From Nitrospirota bacterium (GTDB lineage Bacteria; Nitrospirota; UBA9217): a DNA stretch of 64,000 nucleotides. Under the pieces are notes generated by a model. The model was not told the origin of the DNA and searched no databases. It worked only from the letters and a program-made list of their open reading frames with translations. Positions 29,606 to 39,778 of the stretch are shown here, in pieces. The translations under genes were made by a program, and so were the position numbers. Where the stretch lies: the NCBI GenBank assembly GCA_963754875.1, contig CAVWHO010000019.1, forward strand, positions 83,328 through 147,327, in the 5' to 3' direction. Within the stretch, counting starts at the first letter, position 1. Every line of letters starts with the position of its first letter.

Positions 29606-29791
29606 ATGATGATGGTAACGATCGACCAAGCAAAGTGCGACGGAGACGGCACCTGCGCGAACGTCTGTCCGCAAGCGGTGTTCAAGATCGAGGGTGGCAA
29701 AGCCGATCCGGTGAACATGTCCGAATGCATCAACTGCCTGACCTGCGTGGACAGCTGTCCCCAGCAGGCAATAACTGTCACCGAGATGTAA
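29606..29791 (+). CDS. Dicluster ferredoxin 2, paralog of 22374-22559
   Basis: CDGDGTCANVCP and CINCLTCVDSCP; 49/61 identical to ferredoxin 1 by manual count; SD AGGAGG. Confidence 0.93.
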   Translation: MMMVTIDQAKCDGDGTCANVCPQAVFKIEGGKADPVNMSECINCLTCVDSCPQQAITVTEM

Positions 29792-29821
29792 ACAGCAAAG
29801 TCAAACTGGATTTACTCATGC

Positions 29822-29858
29822 AAAAGGGGACCGGCTATTCGCCAGTCCCCTTATTTTT
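29822..29858. terminator. Probable bidirectional terminator
   Basis: AAAAGGGGACCGGC-TATTC-GCCAGTCCCCTT-ATTTTT between convergent genes. Confidence 0.75.
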
Positions 29859-29902
29859 GTACACTCGATGATGCGCTGAACAGTTTGGCGTATCTCCCGT
29901 TC

Positions 29903-30673
29903 TTACTCTTTAGTTATCAGCTTTTGGAATGCCGACATAAATTCGATCGGAAGGGGGAAGACGATAGTCGTATTCTTTTCCGTGCCGATCTCGGTCAGTG
30001 TCTGGAGGTACCGAAGCTGAAGGGCTATCGGGTTCTTACTTATAACCGCTGCGGCTTCGCCCAGTTTCGCCGATGCCTGGAGTTCTCCTTCGGCGTGGAT
30101 GATCTTAGCGCGGCGCTCGCGTTCCGCCTGTGCCTGGATGGCGATGGCACGCTGCATCTCCGCGGGCAGGTCCACGTTCTTCACTTCTACGGTCGCGACC
30201 TTCACGCCCCACGGTTCGGTCTGCAGGTCAATCACCTTTTGAAGCTCGGCGTTGATGGCCTCGCGGTTTGAGAGCAGGTCATCGAGCGAGTTCTGGCCGA
30301 GAATGCTCCGGAGGGTGGTCTGGGCGATGAGCGACGTGGCATAGTAGAAGTCCTCTACCTCGATGACGGCCCTGCTAGGATCGATGACCCTGAAATAAAC
30401 CACGGCGTTGACTTTAACGGTCACGTTGTCCTTCGTGATCACGTCCTGGGCCGGGACGTCCATCGTTACGGTTCGCAGGCTCACGCGCACCATCTTCTGT
30501 ATGCCGGGCCAGAGGAAAATGATCCCCGGTCCTTTTACGCCATGTTCTTTGCTCACTTTGCCGAGGGTGAAGATGAGGCCCCGCTCATACTGCTTCAGGA
30601 TCTTCACGATGTTGTACAGGATGGCTAAGAAGATGATGATTGTGAAGATAAAACTGGTTGCAAATAGTTGCAT
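29903..30673 (-). CDS. Slipin / SPFH (band 7) protein
   Basis: [45 protein letters not shown]. Confidence 0.95.
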   Translation of the reverse strand: MQLFATSFIFTIIIFLAILYNIVKILKQYERGLIFTLGKVSKEHGVKGPGIIFLWPGIQKMVRVSLRTVTMDVPAQDVITKDNVTVKVNAVVYFRVIDPSRAVIEVEDFYYATSLIAQTTLRSILGQNSLDDLLSNREAINAELQKVIDLQTEPWGVKVATVEVKNVDLPAEMQRAIAIQAQAERERRAKIIHAEGELQASAKLGEAAAVISKNPIALQLRYLQTLTEIGTEKNTTIVFPLPIEFMSAFQKLITKE

Positions 30674-30714
30674 GGTGAGTCCTCCTTTAATGAGTGACAA
30701 CAGGTCGTTAATTG

Positions 30715-32058
30715 TTACGTGATCTTTTTTACTTTGACTTTCAGCCCTTCCACGGCAGTGACCGTTACTCGTTCTCCCTTCTGAATCGGCTCGTCGCTCC
30801 AGGCACTCCAGTATTCACCCCTCATGAAGACCTGCCCGCCTCCATGGACATCAGTTTTGGCTACAGCCTCCATGCCGATCATCCCTTCTTTGCCGGTAGT
30901 CGGTTTTTCCCGGTAGACGCGGATTGCGACGGTCATGGTAATGATGAACAGGAGCGCAGACATGGCAACGGCCGGAATGATTACGGCCCAGGATATCTGC
31001 AGGATGGGTGAAGATGAGTTGATCAACATGACTGAACCGAGAAGCATAGAGATGGTTCCTCCGATTCCCAGTATCCCGTGACTCGTGATGAAGGCCTCCG
31101 CTATGAAGAGACTGATGCCGAGGACAATGAGAAGGAGTCCGGCATAATTGATCGGCAGTGTATGGAGTGCGTAGAACGCGAGGACCAGGCAGATTGCACC
31201 GGCCACACCGGGGAAGATTGCGCCGGGGTTCGAGAGCTCGAAGTAGAGACCGTAAAAGCCGAGGATCATCAGGATATAGGCGATGTTGGGATTGCTGATG
31301 ATTTCGAGCAGCCGGTAGCGGAAGCCCATGTTGATTTCCTTTATTTCTGCGTTTTCCGTAGAGAGTGTTTTTTTGCCTATAACGAGTTCGACCGTTTTTC
31401 CGTTCAGGTCCTTTACCAGGGTCGGTACATCAGGCGCGATAAGATCGATCACATGGTCTTTCAGCGCTTCGGTGTCGGTAATTGATACGCTGTTTCTCAC
31501 CGCGTCCTCGGCCCACTTGGCGTTCTTGCCACGCTTTTCGGCAATGCCGCGCGCCATCGCGGCCAGATCGTTTACGACTTTTTTTTCCATGGTCTTGTCC
31601 ATGTTCCCCTGCATCGTAACGGGATGGGCGGCTCCCATGTGCGTCGTCGGCGCCATAGCGGCGATATTGGCTGCAAGGGTTATGAATACTCCGGCCGACG
31701 CTGCCCTGGCACCGCTCGGAGCAACATAGACCACGGTCGCCACATCGGCCGCCATCATTTTCATGACAATCTGCTGCATGGAGTCAACGAGTCCGCCGGG
31801 AGTGTTCAGCTGGATTATGATCGCCTCGGCCTTGGCTTCCGCTGCTTTGTCGATCGCTTTGAGGATATATTCAGCGACTACCGGCGTAATCGGCGCGTCA
31901 ATAGTGATGAGGAATATCTGATTGCGCTGTGCAGTAACGGTCGGAGAAGGCTGTTTTGCGGTCTTGTCTTTCTCGACTGACAAAGCGTCGTGTTCGAACG
32001 ACGATAACAACAGCAGGAACGAGAAAAACAGGATCATCCGTCTCGTATTTATTTGCAT
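30715..32058 (-). CDS. nfeD: NfeD family membrane serine protease (long form)
   Basis: [20 protein letters not shown]-terminal GEYWSA OB-fold; adjacent slipin gene. Confidence 0.93.
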   Translation of the reverse strand: MQINTRRMILFFSFLLLLSSFEHDALSVEKDKTAKQPSPTVTAQRNQIFLITIDAPITPVVAEYILKAIDKAAEAKAEAIIIQLNTPGGLVDSMQQIVMKMMAADVATVVYVAPSGARAASAGVFITLAANIAAMAPTTHMGAAHPVTMQGNMDKTMEKKVVNDLAAMARGIAEKRGKNAKWAEDAVRNSVSITDTEALKDHVIDLIAPDVPTLVKDLNGKTVELVIGKKTLSTENAEIKEINMGFRYRLLEIISNPNIAYILMILGFYGLYFELSNPGAIFPGVAGAICLVLAFYALHTLPINYAGLLLIVLGISLFIAEAFITSHGILGIGGTISMLLGSVMLINSSSPILQISWAVIIPAVAMSALLFIITMTVAIRVYREKPTTGKEGMIGMEAVAKTDVHGGGQVFMRGEYWSAWSDEPIQKGERVTVTAVEGLKVKVKKIT

Positions 32059-32165
32059 TACTCTTCTCCTTTTGATAGCAAAGTATAGCTGCTATGCCAT
32101 GTGCTGTCAAGAAGTGCTTGACTCTGAAAAGGTTTTTCTGTAGCATCGAAACAGTACAACGCGAT

Positions 32166-32705
32166 ATGAGAGTGACAGGAGGCATAGGCAGAGGGCAGCG
32201 ATTAAAGGTCCCGACGGGGTCAGGCGTCAGGCCCACATCGGACAAGGTAAAGCAGGCTTTGTTCAACATTCTCGGCGACAGGGTAATTGATGCTTCTTTT
32301 CTGGATCTCTTTGCAGGTGCGGGCGGCATAGGCATCGAGGCCCTCAGTCGAGAAGCGGGAAGCGTGGTGTTTGTCGATTCCTCGCAAGGGTCCCTTGCCG
32401 TTATTAAAAAAAACATCGAGCAGACCGGGTTCGGGGAACGGGCACAGGTCGTCTTGGACAAGGCAGAGAATTACCTGAAAAAGCCATCCGGGCCCTATGA
32501 CGTCGTTTTTCTCGATCCGCCCTATGCCGAAGACATACAGCCGCTCCTTGATCTGATCGCGGGGGCAGGGATCGTGAAAGCCGATGGTGTCGTGATCGCA
32601 GAGCATTTCAAGAAGCAGCCGTCTCCGGAAAAAGCCGGCACCCTCATTCTGTATCGCGAAGCGCGCTACGGCGACACGGTGCTGGCGTTTTATAAAATGG
32701 CATAA
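32166..32705 (+). CDS. rsmD: 16S rRNA m2G966 methyltransferase
   Basis: RPTSDKVKQALFNIL, LDLFAGAG, DPPY; precedes coaD. Confidence 0.94.
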   Translation: MRVTGGIGRGQRLKVPTGSGVRPTSDKVKQALFNILGDRVIDASFLDLFAGAGGIGIEALSREAGSVVFVDSSQGSLAVIKKNIEQTGFGERAQVVLDKAENYLKKPSGPYDVVFLDPPYAEDIQPLLDLIAGAGIVKADGVVIAEHFKKQPSPEKAGTLILYREARYGDTVLAFYKMA

Positions 32706-32790
32706 CGAGGTGCGGTGGGGTCAATCAGCACGAGGTCACCACGCTCCAAAAATCCTGTACTGTCCTATTGTGCGGTAACAAGGAGGTCGC

Positions 32791-33273
32791 ATGAAACATG
32801 TCGCTGTCTATCCCGGCACTTTTGACCCCGTTACCAAAGGGCATGTCGATCTTGTCGAGCGGAGCCTCAGTATTTTCGACGAGCTCATCGTCGCGATTGC
32901 CGCAAATCCGAGGAAACAGCCGCTCTTTACCCTCGACGAGCGCATCGATATGTTCGCGAAAGTGACAGCGCAATTCAAACGGGTGAAGATCGAGGGGTTC
33001 GACGGGCTCCTGGTCGATTATGTAAAACAGAAGAAGGCCGTGGGGATCATCCGCGGTCTCCGCGCCGTGTCGGACTTTGAGTATGAGATGCAGATGGCTC
33101 TCATGAACCGGCGTCTCGATAATACCATTGAGACCGTCTTCCTGATGCCGAATGAGGAATACTCCTTCATCACCTCGACGATCGTAAAAGAGGCTGCAAG
33201 TTATGGCGGCGATGTCTCAAGCCTCGTGCCGAAAATTGTTGTAGAGAAGCTGAGGAAGAAGTTCCGAAGGTAG
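32791..33273 (+). CDS. coaD: Phosphopantetheine adenylyltransferase
   Basis: YPGTFDPVTKGH, RGLRAVSDFEYE. Confidence 0.98.
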   Translation: MKHVAVYPGTFDPVTKGHVDLVERSLSIFDELIVAIAANPRKQPLFTLDERIDMFAKVTAQFKRVKIEGFDGLLVDYVKQKKAVGIIRGLRAVSDFEYEMQMALMNRRLDNTIETVFLMPNEEYSFITSTIVKEAASYGGDVSSLVPKIVVEKLRKKFRR

Positions 33274-33589
33274 GGCTACCATCTTCACCTTCGGGTAACA
33301 CGCATCTTGTAGTAAACCGGGTAGAAAATACAACGTGGATCACACCAGCAGCTCGTCAAAAAACAGGCACACTGATTTTTCGGTGTGCTCACTAAAAAAC
33401 CGCTATTCATAACACTTCCTTGTTGCTTCTTGCCAGCCGAAAGCCTTCTGGATGGGAGTCTCGTTATACCATTATTCCGCCTGCCATGAGTAATCTCCGT
33501 TTCTTGGGTGTAGGTTAACTGTCTCAAAATGTATTCTGGCGCAGTCCTGCCGTTTTTTTGCGAAAATAGGTCCTGCTTGTTCTTTTTGG

Positions 33590-33618
33590 GGAACAAAAAA
33601 ACGCTTTCCTCTGTCTAA
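33590..33618 (+). promoter_or_regulatory. ECF sigma (RpoE-type) promoter
   Basis: GGAACAA-N16-GTCTAA. Confidence 0.6.
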
Positions 33619-33681
33619 TGGGTGGAAAGGGCAGGGACGTCTGACCCTGCCTTAAATACCGAGAAGGAAAAGGAGAAAAAT

Positions 33682-34494
33682 ATGCGTTACGCAGTTATCG
33701 GCACAATCATCGGTTTTCTGGTATCAGCAACAGCATTGGCCTATGGCCACGCCAGGCCCTTTCTTGCCGGAACAGTCTCGGTTGAGATCGTTTCGGACAA
33801 TGGCGCCACGTTCCAGAGCTTCCTCCACCAGGACTTCAGGAGGGGAGAAACCCGGGTAATCAAGAAATACCTCGAGGCGAAAAAAGGGGAAAACTACGGT
33901 ATCGTAATCAGGAACAACACACCCGAGCGGATCGGCGTGGTCATCGCCGCGGATGGCAGAAACATCATTTCCGGCAACAGGTCTGATCTGAAAAACAGCG
34001 AGACCATGTACATCGTGAACCCGTACGAGTCGGCGCGGTATGACGGCTGGAGGACCACGGAGAGCGAGGTGCACCGGTTCTACTTTACCGAACCCGCGGA
34101 CTCCTACAGTGTCAGGACGTTTGCTGACTCATCGGCGATGGGGGTCATCGCCGTTGCAGTCTTCCGCGAGAAGGAACGGCCGCAGCCGCTTCTGGAACAG
34201 AAACGGAGCGAATCCGCACCTGCCGCTCCGTCAATGGAGGGTGCAAGGCGTGGTCAGGGAAAGGCTCTGGCCGACGAGAGTGCCGGCACCGGTTTTGGCG
34301 AAGCCCAATACTCTCCGGTCGTCCGCGTCGAGTTTGAACCCGAACGCATGCCAATTCAGAAAACACTGGTCAAGTATGAATGGCGGGAAACGCTGTGCAG
34401 AAAAGGCATTCTTCAGTGCGGGCAGAACCGGAAAAACCGCCTGTGGGATCAGGAAGCGTATGCGCCCTACCCTCCCGGTTATCCGGGGAATTAG
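33682..34494 (+). CDS. Secreted hypothetical protein
   Basis: SD AAGGAG, signal peptide, motifs ADGRNIISG, YDGWR, GTGFGE; downstream hairpin. Confidence 0.8.
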   Translation: MRYAVIGTIIGFLVSATALAYGHARPFLAGTVSVEIVSDNGATFQSFLHQDFRRGETRVIKKYLEAKKGENYGIVIRNNTPERIGVVIAADGRNIISGNRSDLKNSETMYIVNPYESARYDGWRTTESEVHRFYFTEPADSYSVRTFADSSAMGVIAVAVFREKERPQPLLEQKRSESAPAAPSMEGARRGQGKALADESAGTGFGEAQYSPVVRVEFEPERMPIQKTLVKYEWRETLCRKGILQCGQNRKNRLWDQEAYAPYPPGYPGN

Positions 34495-34762
34495 TATGAC
34501 GCCGTGCAGGATATATAATGGCCCGGAAACGAACCTCTCCGGGCCTTTCGTTCTGTTTTCCAATCCCCAATGACGGGTTCTTGCCGGGACAATTTACCGG
34601 AATCAATTAAATAACGTGAATCTCTGACGGTCCATTCAATTGCGCTGCAATTATCTTGGACGAGGCTAAGTGTGGGGAAAATAGCTATTCAGAAAATTTG
34701 GCGGAGGATCTTGCTGGAGCCAGGCAAATGATTTTCGAAAAATGAACGTCTCATAAACGCAG

Positions 34763-36658
34763 CTATACCAGTAAAGAGCCATATTGTTTCCTGACCGTTT
34801 CCTGGACCGTTGCAATCAGCTTAAAAGACTCTTTCAACATTGCTCTCTCCATCGTGCTGAGGCATTGGGGATTGATGAAATTATCCGGCAACGATCCTTC
34901 CTTGATTTGCTCGTATTGGTGCCTGAGCCTCAGGGACATCAGAAACTCGAAGGCCTGTTCGAGTTCAACGGAAAACTTGGCTGCTATGCACGGGCGGTCC
35001 TTCATTTCTGCAAGCCGTTCCATCGTGGAGGTATGGAACGCTTTCAGTTCCAGTGCGGAGAACCGTGCAGCGTCGATGATGGGGCTGAGCCCCGTGATCT
35101 TGATGTTGAACGTTCCCTTATGGACACCTTTCTTTTCACATTCGAATTTCCCGAGGAAATCCAGGGGCGGCTTTTTGTTTACCAAGGCACTTGCCAAATG
35201 GGCGAAGAAAGGCACCTCGTCCTTGAGCTCATGCCCCAGGAAAGCCCTGAGCTGTTCGGCGAGCAGGGTATTCCCGTGCACCGGCCGGAAATCAAAGAAG
35301 ATCAGGGACCTGAGAATAGCTTCGGTCGTGGGTATGTTGATCCAGTTTGAAAAATATTTTTTCCAGACACTGAGCGGCTGGCACCACATCGGGTTGCTCG
35401 CCATATAGCCGGCGCTGCACGGCGGGAACCCGCACCTGGCCAATGCCTGCTGCATCTGGATGGCGAACTCGGCAAAATATTGCGCAGCATCATCCGCCTT
35501 GCTGCCCCTGTCGTCATAGATGATTGCGTTGTCCTGGTCTGTTTTGAAGGTCTGTTCTTTTCTCCCCTCACTGCCGAAGATAATCCAGCAGTAGTCCACG
35601 GGCGGCTGCCCCATCCGGAACTCGGTGATCTCAAGGGCCTTTTTTAACAGACGGTCATTGATCTCGGTGATGATCCTGGTTATGGTGCTTGCCTTGGCAC
35701 CTTCTTTGATCAGGAGCGTGATGATCCGGTTGATCTTGGTCGCCGCAAACACGAGCCCGTCAATTGTGTCCTGGTTTTCTATCTCTCGTGCTAGGGACAG
35801 CGGCGACATGCCCTGCAACATCATGAGGTCGTGGCTGGTCAGTATCCCTTTCAACTCGCCGTTGCCGACAACGAGGAGGTGGTGAATATTGTACCGCATC
35901 ATCTTCAGGAGGGCCTCGTAGCAGTAGTCCCGCACTTCCGCTTTGATGAGCGTAACGCTCATGATATCCCCCACCCTTCCGGAAATGTCCCTGCCCCGGG
36001 AAACTACCTTGTTTCTGAGGTCCTTGTCCGTGATCACTCCCGACGGCAGACCGTGTTCATCGAGCAGGACCAGTGAACTGATGCCATGGTTTGCCATGAT
36101 CTCCGCCGCCTGCTGGATCGACACCTCCTCCGACGCAGTGACTACCTTCCTGGTGGCCAGATCGCCCAGGAGGTTGGTGAACAGGAGCTTGTCTCCACCG
36201 CCGTAAAGCAGCGTGCGGTCGTTCATCTCCTTATAGGCCATATGCATGAGCCGTTTTAATATGGATCTGAGACAGAATGCGGAAAATTCGGCGTTCGTTT
36301 TCAGCAGTCCAAGGACCGTTTCCCTGTGCACCAAGTAGACCGAGGTGTCTTCCGAAGCAACGATCGTGTCCAGCGAGATTTCGCCAAGCAGGAAGGAGCG
36401 CATGCCGAAAAATTCGCCTGCGGTCCGGCTATCGACCAGCACCTCCTCACCCTCCTTCGTCCTGACGAATACCTTGACCGCGCCGCTCCGGATCATGGTG
36501 AGGTGCTCCGCCGCAGGACCGTTCTGACGGAGGATAACCTGTCCCCGGGGATGAAACGCCAACGACGTGTCCTTCATGATGCTGGCGAGGACCGTGTGAT
36601 CAACGAAGCTGAAGGGAGGTGTTTGTTTGAGGAACATGAGTGCGTCGTCAATCGGCAT
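34763..36658 (-). CDS. cNMP-binding / CBS pair / DUF294 nucleotidyltransferase-like protein
   Basis: PPF and GEFFG in the cNMP domain, two CBS domains, GSEGRKEQTFKTDQDNA, FFDFR. Confidence 0.93.
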   Translation of the reverse strand: MPIDDALMFLKQTPPFSFVDHTVLASIMKDTSLAFHPRGQVILRQNGPAAEHLTMIRSGAVKVFVRTKEGEEVLVDSRTAGEFFGMRSFLLGEISLDTIVASEDTSVYLVHRETVLGLLKTNAEFSAFCLRSILKRLMHMAYKEMNDRTLLYGGGDKLLFTNLLGDLATRKVVTASEEVSIQQAAEIMANHGISSLVLLDEHGLPSGVITDKDLRNKVVSRGRDISGRVGDIMSVTLIKAEVRDYCYEALLKMMRYNIHHLLVVGNGELKGILTSHDLMMLQGMSPLSLAREIENQDTIDGLVFAATKINRIITLLIKEGAKASTITRIITEINDRLLKKALEITEFRMGQPPVDYCWIIFGSEGRKEQTFKTDQDNAIIYDDRGSKADDAAQYFAEFAIQMQQALARCGFPPCSAGYMASNPMWCQPLSVWKKYFSNWINIPTTEAILRSLIFFDFRPVHGNTLLAEQLRAFLGHELKDEVPFFAHLASALVNKKPPLDFLGKFECEKKGVHKGTFNIKITGLSPIIDAARFSALELKAFHTSTMERLAEMKDRPCIAAKFSVELEQAFEFLMSLRLRHQYEQIKEGSLPDNFINPQCLSTMERAMLKESFKLIATVQETVRKQYGSLLV

Positions 36659-36695
36659 AAGTGCATATCCGCTATCTATTTTGAAACGGATGCTG

Positions 36696-37064
36696 TCAAC
36701 CCGTGATTTCAAGGGCTTTTCTGACAGCTCTCTTCATCTCATCATGCATGAGGGGCTTTACGATGAAATCGCAAGCCCCTACCTTGATGGATTCTACGGC
36801 GGTTGCCAGGGAGGCAAAGGCTGTGATAACAATGACTTTTTGTGCAGGGTTGATCTTGCGGTATTTTGCCAGAAGCTCAATGCCGCTGATGCCGGGGAGG
36901 ATGATATCGGTGATGATGAGGTCGTAGGATTTGTACTCGAGCAGTTTGGATGCTGATTCGGCGCTGTCTGCGATGTCCACCTCGTAACCTTCGCGGGATA
37001 ATACTCTTTGCAAAGATGCACAGAGGGTATCTTCGTCTTCGACTATGAGCAGCCTCTCGTCCAT
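36696..37064 (-). CDS. Stand-alone response regulator receiver
   Basis: LLIVEDE, ITDIILPGISG, FIVKP. Confidence 0.9.
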   Translation of the reverse strand: MDERLLIVEDEDTLCASLQRVLSREGYEVDIADSAESASKLLEYKSYDLIITDIILPGISGIELLAKYRKINPAQKVIVITAFASLATAVESIKVGACDFIVKPLMHDEMKRAVRKALEITG

Positions 37065-37402
37065 GTTTCCCCTCCGTTCTGTTTCGGGGTGATGGCGCGC
37101 CTCTACTACTCGTCCAAGAAACGTTGCAAAGATCACGATAGGTAAGTGTCGTTATTATACCATTTATACGGGAATAGGAAAGAGAAGAATTTTGCAGATC
37201 AGACCATTGCTGAGATGTTTTGACGAAGTCGGTCGGTTTCCCTTGAGCAGATAAATTTAAGACAAATAAACGCATAGCATATCTCAAGGGGTCTTGAGAA
37301 AAAACCGTTAAAAAAATTGTATATAGAGTGTTAATATATTACAACGAAAATGGGAGATTCATCTCCATTTTGAATCTGGCCTTCAGTGTTGGGACCTATA
37401 AA

Positions 37403-38233
37403 ATGACACGATATATTTACAAAAAACTTAATAGAACTCTCACGATATCAGTTGTCCTGTGGTTTCTCATTCTCGTTGCAGCGTCTGTCTCTGGGACGCT
37501 CAGTGCCCAGGAAGAAGCAATAGCATCTTCCCTGCCGCCCATCGAGGCGATCCAGCCTGGAGAAACACTGGTTTACGATGTCAGCTGGTCAAACATCATC
37601 GCTGCGGGGACTGCGGTAATGGAGGTCAGGGGCGACACGCTGCCGGATGGAAGGGAGGTCTTTAAGTTTCTCGTGACAGGCCGTTCCTCAGGAGTGGTAG
37701 ACAAGTTCTTCAAAGTGTACGATGCCGTCCAGAGTGTCTTCGACCCGCAGGTCATGCAAAGTTTGACCTATAACATCGATGAGAATTATGGCAAGAAAAA
37801 GAAACGCCGTGCTCTTATTTTCGACCACGCACATAAAACGGTGATGAGCAGGGTGAATGACGACCCACCGGAAACCCTGGTCATCCCAGAGCACGTGCAG
37901 GACGCTTTGTCGTCGTTCTACTATCTCAGGGCGGTGGAAAATTTTAGTGGGAACAAGGCAATCGTTTTCGACGTTTATGACAGCGGCAAGATATGGACTG
38001 TCGAAGTTTATACGATGGGCAGGGAAATCGTGAAAACGCCAGCAGGGGAGTTCTCCACGATCAAAATCAGGACCTATCCTAAGTATAAAGGGGTTTTTAT
38101 GAACAAAGGAGAGGTCTTCATATGGCTCACGGACGACAGCCGGAAGGTCCCGGTGCTCATGAAGAGCAAACTTACTGTCGGATCTTTTGTGTTCACCCTG
38201 AGGCAGATGCAGCGGGAAGGAAAGGCGCGATGA
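37403..38233 (+). CDS. DUF3108 family protein
   Basis: GETLVYDVSW, DALSSFYYLR, TPAGEF, WLTDDSRKVPV. Confidence 0.85.
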   Translation: MTRYIYKKLNRTLTISVVLWFLILVAASVSGTLSAQEEAIASSLPPIEAIQPGETLVYDVSWSNIIAAGTAVMEVRGDTLPDGREVFKFLVTGRSSGVVDKFFKVYDAVQSVFDPQVMQSLTYNIDENYGKKKKRRALIFDHAHKTVMSRVNDDPPETLVIPEHVQDALSSFYYLRAVENFSGNKAIVFDVYDSGKIWTVEVYTMGREIVKTPAGEFSTIKIRTYPKYKGVFMNKGEVFIWLTDDSRKVPVLMKSKLTVGSFVFTLRQMQREGKAR

Positions 38234-38337
38234 TTATCCCATAGCATGATAATTGTTGCCTCTGCCTGCGCTGGAACAGATAATCATCGTAGTGAGGTAA
38301 TTTATACTCTTTGTTTCTCTATTTCTCATGATACGCA

Positions 38338-38688
38338 TCATGCGAGTTCACTGAGCCGTGAGAGCACATCTGTAATTTGCGGTTTTGGACAAAAAGTGTC
38401 AGCTCCGGCACCGAGAAATTCCTTTTCCTTGTTATCCAGACTAAACCCGATGATGAGCGTATCGGGACTTCGTGTTCGAAGTAGGCTGGTTATCTCGGCA
38501 CCGTTCATCCCGGGCAAATGATAATCGACTATGGCTGCCCGAAAGCATTTGTCCTCCAGAAGATTCAAGGCCTGTGAGCCGCTGTCGCAGCAGCTGACGT
38601 CGAACCCGTCTGCTTGCAGGATCATTTGTATCGTGTCCGAAAACAATTTGTCATCATCTATTAATAAAAGGTTTTTCATATTGCTCAT
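38338..38688 (-). CDS. Stand-alone response regulator receiver
   Basis: LLIDDD, VDYHLPGMNG, FCPKP. Confidence 0.88.
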   Translation of the reverse strand: MSNMKNLLLIDDDKLFSDTIQMILQADGFDVSCCDSGSQALNLLEDKCFRAAIVDYHLPGMNGAEITSLLRTRSPDTLIIGFSLDNKEKEFLGAGADTFCPKPQITDVLSRLSELA

Positions 38689-38832
38689 TTAACATAAATC
38701 ATTCATGGAGTAAATCACCCGGGATGGGTATTTTCAGGGTATATCGATCCGTAAGTGCGACTTTCGTATGCAATATGCCTATTAACCAGTATCGAAACTG
38801 CGGAAGAATCCCGTCTGAAACCAGTGCCGCGC

Positions 38833-39657
38833 TCACTGGCTGTTGTGGAGTCTCTGTCTCATCGCCTCATAGAGAACTACAGCTGCGGCTGTGGCCACAT
38901 TGAGTGAGTCGATCGTTTCCGCCATGGGGATTCGGACGCGAAGATCGATGGCAGCCATGATGTCCTGGGAGAGGCCCGCACCCTCCCGACCCACTATCAC
39001 AGCAGTGGGTTTGGTCAAGTCAACTGCAAAATGCGCTTTGTCACCGTTCAGTGCCGTTGCAACGGTCTGAAAGCCCGTCTGTCGGCACTTTTGAATGAAT
39101 GTGGCAATATCTCCGACCTGCACAACAGGGAGGCGCAGGATGCTGTTCATCGAGGCCCGGACCGCCTTTGCGTTGAACGGGTCAACCGTGTTTGAAGTGA
39201 TTGCAATGCCCGATGCGCCGACTGCTTCTGCGGTTCTGATAATGGTGCCGAGATTTCCGGGGTCCTGAAGCTGGTGGGCGACGATGATCAAGCGGGCCTT
39301 GTGCTTCAGAAGTGATTCCTCCGTGTGTTGTTTCATCTGAACCACTGCCATTATTGGCTGCGGCGTCTTGCTTTCGGCGAGCACGTCCATCAGCCGATCA
39401 GATACCCAAACGATATCGATGCCTTTGTTTTCCGAGAGCTTGAGCACGCCTTTACCATGGTGCTGGGTGAGTGATGGTGTGGCGACAACAGTCTTGACCC
39501 CGAGGTCGTCGCGGACCGCCTCTTCGACCATTTTGACGCCTTCAATGAGAAAAACCTGTTCCTTTTTCCGGCGCTTCGGGTCTGAGAGAGAGCGAAGGTA
39601 CTTTACCGTGCTGTTGTCTCTGCTGGAGATGGGGTTGAAGGAGCTGGTTTGCCGCAT
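38833..39657 (-). CDS. TrmH/SpoU family RNA methyltransferase
   Basis: QDPGNLGTIIRTAEA, GREGAGL, IPM...SLNVATAA. Confidence 0.93.
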   Translation of the reverse strand: MRQTSSFNPISSRDNSTVKYLRSLSDPKRRKKEQVFLIEGVKMVEEAVRDDLGVKTVVATPSLTQHHGKGVLKLSENKGIDIVWVSDRLMDVLAESKTPQPIMAVVQMKQHTEESLLKHKARLIIVAHQLQDPGNLGTIIRTAEAVGASGIAITSNTVDPFNAKAVRASMNSILRLPVVQVGDIATFIQKCRQTGFQTVATALNGDKAHFAVDLTKPTAVIVGREGAGLSQDIMAAIDLRVRIPMAETIDSLNVATAAAVVLYEAMRQRLHNSQ

Positions 39658-39778
39658 GAGCGGAAGTATAGCATAAACAAGGAAAGAACAAATAGAAAAT
39701 TCCGGAAGAAGGGGGGATTGACACATTTGTTGGCGTACGAACTGACAACGCGACGACGGCTCAAAGACATCAATTCGT

